DNA of 63,886 nucleotides, counting the filler, from Octopus bimaculoides (Eukaryota): the NCBI RefSeq assembly GCF_001194135.2. It is 6 parts of 5 records of this genome, joined end to end, with 100 filler letters (N's around TTAATTAATTAA, not from the genome) between each part and the next. Parts side by side here need not be neighbours in the genome. Positions count along the whole stretch, not along the records: positions 29,419 to 42,328 come from NC_068988.1; positions 42,429 to 48,169 come from NC_068997.1; positions 48,270 to 62,208 come from NC_068997.1; 3 more parts are not named here. One strand, given 5' to 3'. Shown piece by piece: positions 39,810 through 51,934 of this stretch. The translations under genes were made by a program, and so were the position numbers. The notes below the pieces were generated by a model. The model had not been told where the DNA came from. It saw only the letters and a list, made by a program, of their open reading frames with translations, and did not search any database. Each line of letters begins with the position of its first letter. Within the stretch, counting starts at the first letter, position 1.

Positions 39810-40275
39810 AAAAAGGAATACTGGTGGAATGTCCCAGTGAAGACCTCAATAGAATGTAAATATAATAGACCTGACATAGTGATTTGGGACAGAGAAGAGA
39901 AACTGTGTACAGCTGTGGAAATCAGTTGCCCAGGGAATGTTAACATAAAACTGAAGATCAGCGAAAAAGAAAATACCTACGCTGAACTATTGAGGAATCT
40001 GCAGTTACTCTATCCAGATTACAAGTTCAGGTTTGTACCTGTAATTATTGGGGCACTGGGACATGTAACACACTGCCTAAATACCAATCTTGAGAAATTA
40101 GATTTCTCAAACCAGAAAGGAGAAAGCTAATTCGAAGACTACAGATCAAATCCATCACTGGAACTGTAAAAATATGTAAAACTTTCCAGAAGTTTATCTT
40201 TTAAATATATATGAGCATGTCTTGATATGCATGAGAAAATATACATAAAGCAAAACATACAAATCTTCACACATA
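39810..40275 (+). mobile_element. 5'-truncated RLE-type (R4-clade-like) LINE, copy A, between (CATA)n arrays
   Basis: ORF 39837..40130 has YNRPDIVIWDREEKLCTAVEISCP (PD..E RLE motif) and VPVIIGALG; C-terminus GTVKICKTFQKFIF*. Confidence 0.85.
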
Positions 40276-40319
40276 CATACATACATACATACATACATAC
40301 ACACATACATACATACATA

Positions 40320-40762
40320 CATAACAGGCCGGATATTGTTGTCTGAGACACAGGGGCAAAGGTATGTACCGTCATAGGGGTCAGCTTCCCTGCAGATATA
40401 AATATCTCTTTGAAAATGAAAGGAAAAGAGGATATCTTTATGGACAACTGCTTCAAAATCTCCAGCTTCTATATCCAGGCTATGAATTCATATTCATTGG
40501 AGCAATAGGTTTTAAATAGGTTAGTAAATGCTTAAAGGAGAATCTGGATTAACTAGGATTTTTAGAAAGAGAAATCGACCGGCTGATTCGTACATTACAA
40601 GTGCAATCTGTGAGAGGAACAGTGAAAATGTGCAAGACTTTTCTCAATTTCCGAATGTGAATAGTTACCAGATACCCTTACAGTTTCGGGCAGTTACACT
40701 TGAGACTGTTCGATCTGGTTGCCCCCCCACCACCACCATAAAAGTCTAAGCTAAGAGCATCA
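40320..40762 (+). mobile_element. 5'-truncated RLE-type LINE, copy B (diverged relative of copy A)
   Basis: HNRPDIVV*DTGAKVCTVIGVSFPADINI..LLQNLQLLYPGY..GTVKMCKTFLNFRM*; the 3' end runs into a gap. Confidence 0.8.
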
Positions 40763-42428
40763 NNNNNNNNNNNNNNNNNNNNNNNNNNNNNNNNNNNNNN
40801 NNNNNNNNNNNNNNNNNNNNNNNNNNNNNNNNNNNNNNNNNNNNNNNNNNNNNNNNNNNNNNNNNNNNNNNNNNNNNNNNNNNNNNNNNNNNNNNNNNNN
40901 NNNNNNNNNNNNNNNNNNNNNNNNNNNNNNNNNNNNNNNNNNNNNNNNNNNNNNNNNNNNNNNNNNNNNNNNNNNNNNNNNNNNNNNNNNNNNNNNNNNN
41001 NNNNNNNNNNNNNNNNNNNNNNNNNNNNNNNNNNNNNNNNNNNNNNNNNNNNNNNNNNNNNNNNNNNNNNNNNNNNNNNNNNNNNNNNNNNNNNNNNNNN
41101 NNNNNNNNNNNNNNNNNNNNNNNNNNNNNNNNNNNNNNNNNNNNNNNNNNNNNNNNNNNNNNNNNNNNNNNNNNNNNNNNNNNNNNNNNNNNNNNNNNNN
41201 NNNNNNNNNNNNNNNNNNNNNNNNNNNNNNNNNNNNNNNNNNNNNNNNNNNNNNNNNNNNNNNNNNNNNNNNNNNNNNNNNNNNNNNNNNNNNNNNNNNN
41301 NNNNNNNNNNNNNNNNNNNNNNNNNNNNNNNNNNNNNNNNNNNNNNNNNNNNNNNNNNNNNNNNNNNNNNNNNNNNNNNNNNNNNNNNNNNNNNNNNNNN
41401 NNNNNNNNNNNNNNNNNNNNNNNNNNNNNNNNNNNNNNNNNNNNNNNNNNNNNNNNNNNNNNNNNNNNNNNNNNNNNNNNNNNNNNNNNNNNNNNNNNNN
41501 NNNNNNNNNNNNNNNNNNNNNNNNNNNNNNNNNNNNNNNNNNNNNNNNNNNNNNNNNNNNNNNNNNNNNNNNNNNNNNNNNNNNNNNNNNNNNNNNNNNN
41601 NNNNNNNNNNNNNNNNNNNNNNNNNNNNNNNNNNNNNNNNNNNNNNNNNNNNNNNNNNNNNNNNNNNNNNNNNNNNNNNNNNNNNNNNNNNNNNNNNNNN
41701 NNNNNNNNNNNNNNNNNNNNNNNNNNNGGTTAATGGTTCGTATAATGGTTAAAAGCAATTAGTTGGAACTGAAATGGTTGAAACGGTTAATAACATTGTC
41801 TTTTCCAAAACATGGAATTTTGAAAATTCTACGCGAAATAATACACAAGAGAAGGGGTGAGGGAGTTTGGTGAGGGTTAGGGTTACGGTGGGTGTGGTAA
41901 TTGGCAGGTACGAGTGTGTGTGCGCACACGTATGTATGTGTGTGGGGGGGGCATGCATGCGCGTGTGTGCGTATGACACGGTAACAGTTTGGTTTCCCAC
42001 TTCCCAGCCTTTCTTCAGCCAGTGTGTGTCATTGCTGATATGATAGGTGAGTATCTAGGTAGGTAAGTGGGCGCATTGAATGGGTCGGTGGTAAGCAGAT
42101 AGGTGTTGACAGGGAAAGCTAATCTCGGAGTGATCGTATGGAAGTAAGGATAGCCCAGCCATTGCCGCCAAAGCCACCGCCACCATCACCACCAGCACCA
42201 GCACCACCACCATCACGACCAGCAACATCAGCAACAACACTAATAAATCATGGCAGTGGGATTTAGAAGAATAGCTTGTTAGCAACGTTCGAAATAATGC
42301 ATAACGAGGGAATGTATTACGTTGAGTGNNNNNNNNNNNNNNNNNNNNNNNNNNNNNNNNNNNNNNNNNNNNTTAATTAATTAANNNNNNNNNNNNNNNN
42401 NNNNNNNNNNNNNNNNNNNNNNNNNNNN

Positions 42429-42467
<39 letters not shown>

Positions 42468-42844
42468 GTCTTGTTCTCATTTTATGTCATTTTATGTTTG
42501 GATAAATTTGCTGAATCACAATACGAAAGTAACGGTTGGAACATACTTATAGCGCTGTTGCAAACTTATATAATTACCGTAAACACGACACTCCTTCCAC
42601 TTAAAAAAGGTTAAGAGTTGTTCTCGTATTTTTTTTTCAGTTTACCCTGAGAAAAGCAAGCTTTGTTGAATACAAAGTTTCCTTTGCTAACTTGGAAATA
42701 TCTCACTGTTCGAGTGTGTGTGTGATAACGATCTACTTGGTCCTCAACATCGTCGTCGTCATCGAGCTGCTAAGCTCCGGTCGGCCTTGATCGAATAGAA
42801 CAATAATCAAAAACGGTTCATCTGTGCTCATTCTTTTTTCTATC

Positions 42845-43064
42845 TGATTCAGTCACTGGACTGTGGCGATGCTGGGGCACTGCCTTCAGAGGTTTTTAAT
42901 CAAACAAATCGACCATGTTACGTTTCTTTTTTGTGTTTTGTTATTTTTAAAGTTTGGTACTTATCCTATCGGTCTCTTTTATTAAACTGCTAATGTTACG
43001 AGGATGTAAACAAAGCAGCACCAGTTGCCAAGTGGCATGGGTGGGGGACAAACATAGACACACA
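42845..43064 (-). mobile_element. SINE family C 3' part
   Basis: TTCAGTCACTGGACTGTGGCGATGCTGGGGCAC..GGTACTTATCCTATCGGTCTCTTTT. Confidence 0.75.
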
Positions 43065-43068
43065 TATA

Positions 43069-43966
43069 TTGGGTCATCTCATAAATAATGCTGTTCTTTC
43101 ACTTGCATGAATTAAAAGTCGGAAGGGGACAGGATAAACTACCTGCATCAACTTGCTATAAAAGTAGATAGTAATTTTACCTTGTCCTTATTCTTAGTGC
43201 AAGTTTTGAAGAGTGCAGTTCGATTTTAACAGTTATTTTTCTTCAAAGCTATAAATGGAAGTGACAAAGGAGCGTATTCGGAATATTTTGCTTTATGAAT
43301 TCAATAAAGGCAACGGAAAGTGCGAGGAACATCAATGCAGTACATGGGGATCGGACAATGAGCGCAAACCAGTGTCAACGGTAGTTCCAGAAATTCTAAG
43401 CCGGAAACTACAGCCTGGAAGACGAGCCTCGTCCTGGAAGATTTGCAGAGCTCGACGAGGACGTCCTGCAAACCCTGGTGGAACAAAATCCCATTGTAAC
43501 TGTTGAGGAACCAGCAGAGAAGCTTGGTTTTGGCCATTCAGCCATTCATCGACACCTGCGCGAGAAGAAAAACGACCGTCTTTGGTTTCAAGAGGATAAT
43601 GCTCGGTCATACAGCGAAGATGATATTCCAAAGGCTGGAGCTATTTGAATGGGAAACGATGCCCCACCCACCATATTCGTTGGACATTCCCCCATCTGGT
43701 TATTATTTATTCCGCAATCTTCCAAATCATTAGGATGGAAAAAAATATGAATTCAGTAGACGAGGTCGGAACAGTACTGGAGGAGTATTTTTCGTCATGG
43801 ACAAGTGAATTTTGGAAGAGGGGCCTTGCAAGTTTACCAGATAGATGGAAGAGCATTTGTAGAAAATGAAGGAGAGTATATTTTAGATTAAAAGAAACTT
43901 TGGTTATCTTCACGTTGAAAATTAAAAGAAGTATAAAAAGACTGCATTATTTATGCGATGACCCAC
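43069..43966 (+). mobile_element. Internally deleted mariner element with TIRs
   Basis: TA followed by TTGGGTCATCTCATAAATAATGC, with inverse GCATTATTTATGCGATGACCCA at the right end; MEVTKERIRNILLYEF, LEDEPRPGR, HPPYSLDIPPSGYYLF (YSPDLAPSD-type). Confidence 0.9.
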
Positions 43967-44199
43967 AACTGATATTCTTTGACAACGACGAGACCAATAG
44001 CAGTCTATCTTCCAGTAGCCATCTTGGACTTCCAGGATCTCTCCATTCTGTAATCTGAAGCCTGAAAGAAACTAACTTTTATTAGATGTCTGCGAAACTT
44101 TAAGCCACATGGTGCCGAAACNNNNNNNNNNNNNNNNNNNNNNNNNNNNNNNNNNNNNNNNNNNNNNNNNNNNNNNATATATATATATATATATATATA

Positions 44200-44335
44200 T
44201 ACACGACTGGCTCCCTCACAGTTTTTTTCAGCCTGGGGCTATAGTAGAAAACACTTGCCCAAGGTGCTGTGCAGTGAGATTGAATCCGAAATTGTGGGGC
44301 TGCAACGTAAGCTTATAAAGCACACAACCAAAGCC
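44200..44335 (-). mobile_element. SINE family C head
   Basis: GGGGCTATAGTAGAAAACACTTGCCCAAGGTGCTGTGCAGTGAGATTGAATCC. Confidence 0.7.
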
Positions 44336-46334
44336 TACATTGTCGAATTGTCTCTCAATGTTTACTTTTGCTGTTCGCCATTCTGAGGTCAATGAAATAA
44401 TTACCAGTTGATATAATTAGAGCTGGAATTGGTGGGTTCCAACAAGGCCACAGTCCAGTGACCAAAACTAAAAAAAAACTAAGAAAATTTTAGAAAATAA
44501 ATAAATAAAGGAATATAAAAAAATGTCAGAAGAGAGTCAATTCACATCACTTAAGATACTAAAGCTCTTGAGAAAGACACAAATGCTATACAGGTCTCCT
44601 CCCAAGTCCTTCACGCGCACGCGCACATACACACTCACACTCTCACACAAAGACATATATATATATATGTACGCATGTATGTATATATGTATATATTGGT
44701 GTATATGATATATAAATACAGTGGTAGGCAAAAATAGGTATGCAATTGCTTAATATGAGTGGAATGTTCTTTACATTTCTGTGTTTCATTTTTTTAGTGG
44801 GTGGATAAGAACTCTATGATTCTATGTTCTTTTAAACTAAATTCTTATGTAATAAGCGAAAAATCTAGTTCTAAAATCTCTCTATGAGATCAACGCAGTA
44901 GCTGTACTAGCAAGTAATGTTCGTAGCCACTTCAACATGGCTGTTTCATTGGAACGTATTTTACTGCGATTTCTGAACCTCAAGAGGACATCTGCTCTTG
45001 CTGGTTAACGACGCACAGCTGCATCCGATATACTGCGAGCTGGGGAGCGAACTCTTATCGTCTTCTAGCGACGGGATCAGCAGGCCAGCCTGGTTTCGAG
45101 CTATTTCTGCCTCTCTTCGATACTGGACACATCGTTTGCTAGAGATGGAAGTAGCCCGCTTCTGCTCAAATTCAAGCGACACACTGTCGCTGATCTTGCA
45201 GCAAGTAAAAAGGCTAGTTCTAAAAACTCTCTATGAGATGAACGCATTATTGACATATTATAATCATGCTATTTAGCTCTCTTTAATTTTTGCCCTCTGC
45301 AGGAGTTAGCTTAAAAGTTTGCACAGAATGCGGCCTTTAAACTAGTTCTATAATAAAATAATTATTCTTTATTTCAGTAATTTGTCAACATGGCTGGAAA
45401 TTTGACCAACGATGAACGAAAGCAACAAGATGTCTACTTTCCTCCACCCCTATGTGTAATGATTTCTCAATAAACACGGGACTATCTATGTATGTCTGCA
45501 TGTTTGAAAGTATGTATGTACTTATATATACTCTAAAATTTTAAAATTTGGCACAATAATACACTTGCCCAAACTGAATTGCTGGAGTTATTTCATTTTT
45601 TTTCCCAGAAAAATGTTTTTAAAATGTTATAGAAGTTTAAAGTTTGATCATTTTCACCCAATCAGGAAACAGGATTTGGAAGCTGTCATTTTGTGCTTGA
45701 CTGCACATTTTGTCGTCATCATCCTGAAAATATTTAATGCAAATGCGATGAACAACACGCTACATGCGATAAACACATTACAATTTTAAACAGAAAGATT
45801 TGGAAGAATTGGATGAAAGTTCTCCGGTAATTTTCTTTTATGTAAATAAATGTTTATGTTAACTCAACACATGCTTCCTCGCAGATGAAAGACTTTTTAA
45901 AGACTGCTATCAACGCGTGCTTCTTCGCAAACTTTTCATAGACTGTTACTATGGCAACAGGAAAAATAGTTCTCATGTTTCTGCTTGTTACTATCGAAAC
46001 AGACATGAATGTATCTTTGGCTTACGATTGGCTATACTTACCAAAATTTGCAAAGTTTATTGACTAATAACTCTTTATTTATTGATTTATAGCGAAAATT
46101 ACTTTCACGTCATTAATTAGCTTATAAAAGTGTATCATTACACTGAATATGAAATCAATTCGAACAGAAAATTGACGTTGGCAGCCGCTGGCAACGAAAC
46201 AGACAAGATCCGAACCGGCTGTCATCTCTCCCTAGATATTCTGCAGTCGTACTCTAAGAGATCGTTTATTGTTCTTTTTTTTACTGTCTTTTACTTCCTC
46301 TAGTTGTTGACAGACAACTGACAGACAGACACAC

Positions 46335-46420
46335 ACATCTAAAGTGCCATGTTGTGGAACTGAGCCTGAAACCATGTGGTTCAGAAGCAAATTTCTTACC
46401 ACACAGCCATATCTGCACCT
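46335..46420 (-). mobile_element. SINE family C head fragment
   Basis: GGAACTGAGCCTGAAACCATGTGGTTCAGAAGCAAATTTCTTACCACACAGCCA. Confidence 0.7.
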
Positions 46421-47283
46421 AAAAAAAGATATGAGGTCGTTTAATTTAAATTCATAAAGACCACTAAAATAAATTTTAGTACCCTACTTCACCCGACAAA
46501 CCACTTCAAGCGATATCCCTACCCATTTCTTCTACCTATGAACACCACCCAAACACACTACCAACTTCTACCCGCATCCCTGCCCACATCTACCTATGAA
46601 CGCAACCCCTTTCTATCCAAACACGCTCCCACATCTACTCACAAACACTATCTACTTTTTCTACACACAAACACTATCAGCTTCTTCCACTCAGAAACAC
46701 TACCCACATCTGTCGTCAAACTTTTTCTACCCCCAATTTTTTTTTTTACCCGCGGATATTGCCACATCCCACTAAGAGCCGTTACAGGAGTCACTCGACC
46801 TGCTAGAAATTGCAGTCAAATCTTCATTTAGTTATACTCGACTGTCTCAGACTCTTAAACTAACTGGATTCTCTTTGGTCCTTTGTGTGTGTACGTCTCT
46901 TTCTCTTTCCTCCTTCTCTCCTTTTTTTCTCTCTCCCCTTCTCTCTCTCCTTTTCTCTTTCTCTCTGTTTCCCCCTCTTTCTCTCTGTATGAGTGTGTGT
47001 GTAATGTTGAGTATATATGGGTTGTATTTCCTGCGTTTAAGAGAGAGAGAGTACGTGTGTGTGTGAATGTGTGTATGTGTGTATGTGAGAGTGAATTTGT
47101 GTGTGTGAGTTGATTTGTGAGAACATTCTAAAGAACACGACTCACACATACAACACATGTATGTAGGTATGTATGTTTGCATGTATGTGTGCATATATGC
47201 AAGTATGTATGTATGCATGGACGCATATAGATATGGATTCACTCTCTGCGACCATGCTGGGGCACTCCCTCCCTCTCTCTCTT

Positions 47284-47357
<74 letters not shown>

Positions 47358-47699
47358 CATTACATTTCTGTATATGTATATATGTGTTTGAGTATACACA
47401 CATACACACACACACACGTACACACTCAGGCATAATACACACACACGCACACATACATACACATACACAAAGACACATTGGATGATACAGTTCACTGCTT
47501 AAAAAGAAAACTCAAATTAAATCAAATCAAATGTCAGGTTGATCACGACTGGAACGTCCTTAACCAAGTGTCTTACTCGCTCAGCACTGGCCGAGGGCTA
47601 AACAACAACATCCTGCCACTACTCGGCCAAAAGGACAGTGAAGTCTTTATAATTACGTCTACTTACTTGAACATCCTGTTTGAAAACAGTGTTGTTATT

Positions 47700-47935
47700 G
47701 TTGTTGCAGAAGTGTAGCCTCAGACCAGCTCTGTTAGAAAGCAAGAATATGATTAATGGCGTTCCAACTGTGGCTATTCCGTAATTTCTTTTTTGTCATT
47801 TTTTGTTCTGACGTTGAAGTATACCTTGGACTAGCTCATTCCATGTGTCTCTTGTTTCTAAGATAGTTAGCTGTGTGACATTTGAGGTAGATTTGGTTGC
47901 TATTTCTAGAAGGCTTACAGCTATGTAGAGGCATC
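47700..47935 (+). repeat. Interspersed repeat family D (also about 28995-29040 on + and 46770-46850 on -)
   Basis: Shared ATTTGGYTGCTATTTCTAG..GGTCGAG-like motif in three places. Confidence 0.5.
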
Positions 47936-48103
47936 CCGGCTGATGTCGATGTTGCTGTTTGCTGTTGCAGTTGCTGGTAATTTTTTTTTTTGCTTCTGTT
48001 TCCCCTTCAGCTGAGACCTGATTGGAGCAAAGCAATGAGATAAGTTTCAGGACTTGCTAGACGCAGTAGTCAAATCTACTGTGCACGAGTGTATATATAC
48101 ACC

Positions 48104-48147
<44 letters not shown>

Positions 48148-48269
48148 GGTGTAAGCATGGCTGTGTAATNNNNNNNNNNNNNNNNNNNNNNNNNNNNNNN
48201 NNNNNNNNNNNNNTTAATTAATTAANNNNNNNNNNNNNNNNNNNNNNNNNNNNNNNNNNNNNNNNNNNN

Positions 48270-48308
<39 letters not shown>

Positions 48309-49250
48309 GCTACTGATCTCTTAGATACCTACCAGATCGATCAGGTTGAAGGAAATGCGCCAACTGTTGCTGCAAAGAAAATAAAATTAATTGCAAAGAC
48401 AAAAGCACATGAAAAATTAGCTAGCAGATGGGAACAGAAACCTCTTCATGGCAAGTATGTGGCCCGTAGCAAACAAGTTGATGTCGACCAGAAACACACG
48501 CATCAGGGCTCAGGGCTAAAAGTAGAGAGTGAAGGTTTCATATTAGCTGCTCAAGACCAAAGCTTATTAACCCGGAACTACCAAGCCAATGTGATAAGAA
48601 ATGGAGCTGACCCACAATGCCGATTCTGTAACGATGAGATTGAAACTATAGACCAACTAATCTCAGGATATAGAGTATTAGCACCTGTAGAATATATAAT
48701 AATAATAATAATGAAATTATTGTATACAGTGCTCAGGTGCACTACAACAAGTAAGACATGACAGAGTCGGCCAGTATTTACACTGGACAATACGTCGGCA
48801 TTATAAAATCAAAACTGCTGACAAATGGTATAAACACCATCCTGAAGCTGTGACTCAGGGAGAAAATGTGTCGATTCTCTGGAACTTACTCGTACATACC
48901 GACAAAACTATAAAAACTAATAAACGGAATATTGTTATAAAAGATCAGACAAAAAAAGATGTGTTTATTAATTGACATGAGTATTCCATGCGATCACAAT
49001 ATAGCAGCGAAAGAATTTGACAAGATCAGTAAATATAAAGACTTGCTAATAGAAATTGAAATGATGTGGCACCGAAAGGCGTCTACCGTACCAGTGATTG
49101 TAGGATCTCTAAGAATGATAAAAAAAGTTACTGAAACCTATTTGAAAATGATACCAGGCTTACCATCCCTACAGGAAGTGCAAAAAGTCGTGTTAACTGG
49201 AACTTCTCATGTACTGAGAAGATTATCGATGTGAAAACAACATCCATTCA
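48309..49250 (+). mobile_element. 5'-truncated R4/Dong-clade LINE (CCHC and RLE) preceded by (ATT)n
   Basis: GLKVESEGFILAAQDQSLLTRNYQ..DPQCRFCNDEIETIDQLISG, RHDRV, CLLIDMSIPCDHN..KEFDKISKYKDL..VPVIVGSL. Confidence 0.9.
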
Positions 49251-49499
49251 TGAATTTATTTATTTATTTATTTTACATACATATCTTACCTGTGAATTTG
49301 CGTGTGTAAACTGGGAATGCATACAATGAGCAAAGACTCAATTTCTCAGAAAAGACTTCAGGACAAATTTGTTTTAATTATTTTTTTTTAATTCTCAAAC
49401 ACCTTATTTGTACTGGCGGAAGAACCATTTACATTCTTACAATAAATATTTGTGAGTAAGTCTCATAAGTTAAATAGTTCCATCTAGTCTGTTTCAAAT

Positions 49500-50947
49500 A
49501 TATTTGTTGTATTTTTCAACACAAAACTTTGGCTTTCAAGATTTTCCACAAAATATAACGTCAATAATCATTTCGCCCATAAAATGTAGTTTCTTTCCTG
49601 AAACACCTCGTGAGATTTTCGAAGTTTCCTTTAATCTAAGTTTCCCTATTTTTCTCCATGTATCTGTATTAATTATTGTAATATCACTGCCTGTATCCAA
49701 TTGTAACTTGATATTCACATTATTCATTTTTACGGAGACTAATTTTCTTTTCTGAGCCTCGCTTTGAATTTTTTTTAACAATACATTCTTTCTAGAATTT
49801 CTTTTTGTTCGACCATTTTTTTTTTGTTTCGGTATGTTGTGAAGTTTTATGTCTGATTTTTCCACAATCAAAACATTTATGATTTTTAAAAGGACAGTTA
49901 CTTTTAAAATGTAATCCTCCGCACCTGTAGCACGGATTTGGTCTTGACGCGCGTTTTTCTTTTTTCTTATCTGTTTCAGTACGACACGCATGTATCTGAG
50001 AGCAGTATTTTACTTCAATTTTATTCGCGCCATGTCTTAAAATTATAATCCTCTGGCATTCTTCAGTCACTGCCTGTAGAGTTAATTTTTGGTCCTGTTC
50101 TAATTTTGTTAATATACGGGAACGTATATCAGAATCTTTTCTTGTTGCTAACCCTTGAACAAATATTAGACATTTGAACAAATCCAGGATTAATTAATTT
50201 AATCTGAATTTTTCACACTCTCTGTTAACGACCCCAGTATAGGTGATGAAATCTTCGTCTTTTTTAACTATATTTAAACATTACCAACGAGTTTCACTGA
50301 AAAGCCTCGATAACAAATTAACTGTTTCATCGAAACAAATCTCACCTGATTTCTTCGGCAGAATATAGTTACAGTATTTTTGTTGATCGGCAGAGGATAA
50401 CTTTCTTAAAAGTAGTCGCACTTTCCTCTCGTCATTCCAATTTTTACGTTCTTTGAAGATTTCTTCGTATCTTCGAAAATACGAAGAAAAAAAGTACCTT
50501 CTTCTGGGTTATAAATAAATCCTCCAATTGAATTTGTTACGCCGCCTGACGAAAAAGAAATATTTTCAAACTTCTTCGACATTATTTCCAGTAACTGTTG
50601 ATATTGTTGTTGTTGTTGTAGTTGTTGTTGCTGTTGTTGCTGATGCAACTTTACCACGCGAGTCAACAAATCTTCCATGTTAAATAATTTTTTCTTTGGT
50701 TTCGTACCAAACAAAAAATTGAAACGTCCTACGCAACCTTCGAATATCTCGTCGCTACTTTTATATTCTGCCACAGGTTGGTAAATATAAATTATGTAGC
50801 GGAAGTTTAATCAATGTGTTCACGCAGCGTACTTCTCGAGACTATCAAAACACCCTCTCCCGACTACTACCGACTTCTCTTCTTAATAAGAATTCGGCTT
50901 CTCCATTTTCCAATCCGCCAGGGGTGTCAATGACTCTCACCACAACA
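49500..50947 (-). mobile_element. Gypsy-type LTR retrotransposon 5' fragment (LTR about 50760-50947, PBS, gag, protease)
   Basis: LTR starts TGTTGTG; PBS-like TAGCGACGAG at about 50748-50757; gag with CYRCGGLHFKSNC and CFDCGKIRH knuckles; protease QLDTGSDITII. Confidence 0.88.
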
Positions 50948-51016
50948 CATTGGGGCCAATGTAATCGACTATCCCCCTCCCCCACAATTTCTGGCTTTAT
51001 GCCTAAAGTAGAAAGG

Positions 51017-51079
<63 letters not shown>

Positions 51080-51195
51080 TTTATTGTTATTATTATTATT
51101 ATTATTATGAAAGCGGTGAGGTAGAAAAATCTTTAGCACGCCGGACAAAATGCTTAGATGTATTTCGTCCGTCAGTATGTTCTGAGTTCAAATTT
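50948..51195 (+). mobile_element. SINE family A 3' half, (ATT)n tail, then a family A 5' half
   Basis: CATTGGGGCCAATGTAATCGACT..TAGAAAGGATT(ATT)n, then GCGGTGAGGTAG..TTAGCACGCCGG..GAGTTCAAA. Confidence 0.75.
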
Positions 51196-51318
51196 TTATC
51201 AATTTGTAATTTCTCATTAATGTAAATTAATAAAACTATTCACCTTAAAAGAATCGCATCAACTATTACGAGAACGAAAACAAAACAAAACATTTATTTA
51301 TTTATTTTATTCTTTCAG

Positions 51319-51549
51319 GAAGATGTCCTGTGAATCTCATTTACCATGTTCACGCTCTTCTTCCCAATCTTTTGAAAAGTCTGGTTGGTACCAATTATAC
51401 GCAGTGTTTCTATCGTTGTGAAGCGGAACCAAATTGTCAATCGTTTCACTACGTCCTTCTTAATGAAATATGCATACTGTCAGCTTATAACCATACTCAT
51501 ACATCGTTTCATAGACACAATGGTTACATTTACACTGACATAAACAGAA
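51319..51549 (+). CDS. Internal exon encoding a PAN/Apple domain (host gene)
   Basis: Pyrimidine tract ending TTTCAG acceptor and GTAAGT donor; 231 nt, phase 1-1; RCPVNL..TQCFYRCEAEPNCQSFHYVLLNEICILS fits the PAN pattern CxxxC..CxSFxY..CxL. Confidence 0.85.
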
Positions 51550-51749
51550 GTAAGTGCAAATCTCTTGTATTTTTTATTGGACTTTTAGTCTATTTAGACA
51601 GTACTGAGGTTCCACCTTCAAAAGCTTTAGCCTGTTATGTCACCCCAGTAGTTTATTTTACTCTTTATCAAATGATTGAGTCCAGATTGTCCTTAAGGTA
51701 TGTAAATTAAGGGACTAATTAAAGACCAAACTATTGATCACTCCTGTTA

Positions 51750-51790
<41 letters not shown>

Positions 51791-51894
51791 GATTAAGCAC
51801 ATAAATGCAAAACAAGGTGGACAGAAATAAGACTCAAGTACCGAAGGTAAGGTAATATGCTCTCTTTTTATTAAAGCTGCAAAAATATCATGAA

Positions 51895-51934
51895 AAACTG
51901 TTACCGTTTCACGTTTCCGTTCGTCGGACATTTG
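51895..51934 (-). ncRNA. Type I hammerhead-ribozyme-like motif at the end of a short PLE-like repeat (about 51782-51934)
   Basis: AAATGT-CCGACGA-ACG(GAAA)CGT-GAAAC-GGTA-ACAGTT. Confidence 0.65.

Noticed and set aside
41870-41890. GGGTTAGGGTTA telomere-like motif
   Set aside because: Fewer than two full units; chance occurrence.
45875-46075. Acceptor-like site and MATGKIVLMFLLV signal-peptide-like ORF; shares IETDMN with ORF 16658
   Set aside because: No phase-1 donor compatible with the PAN exon, and a 6-aa match is expected by chance in six frames of 64 kb.
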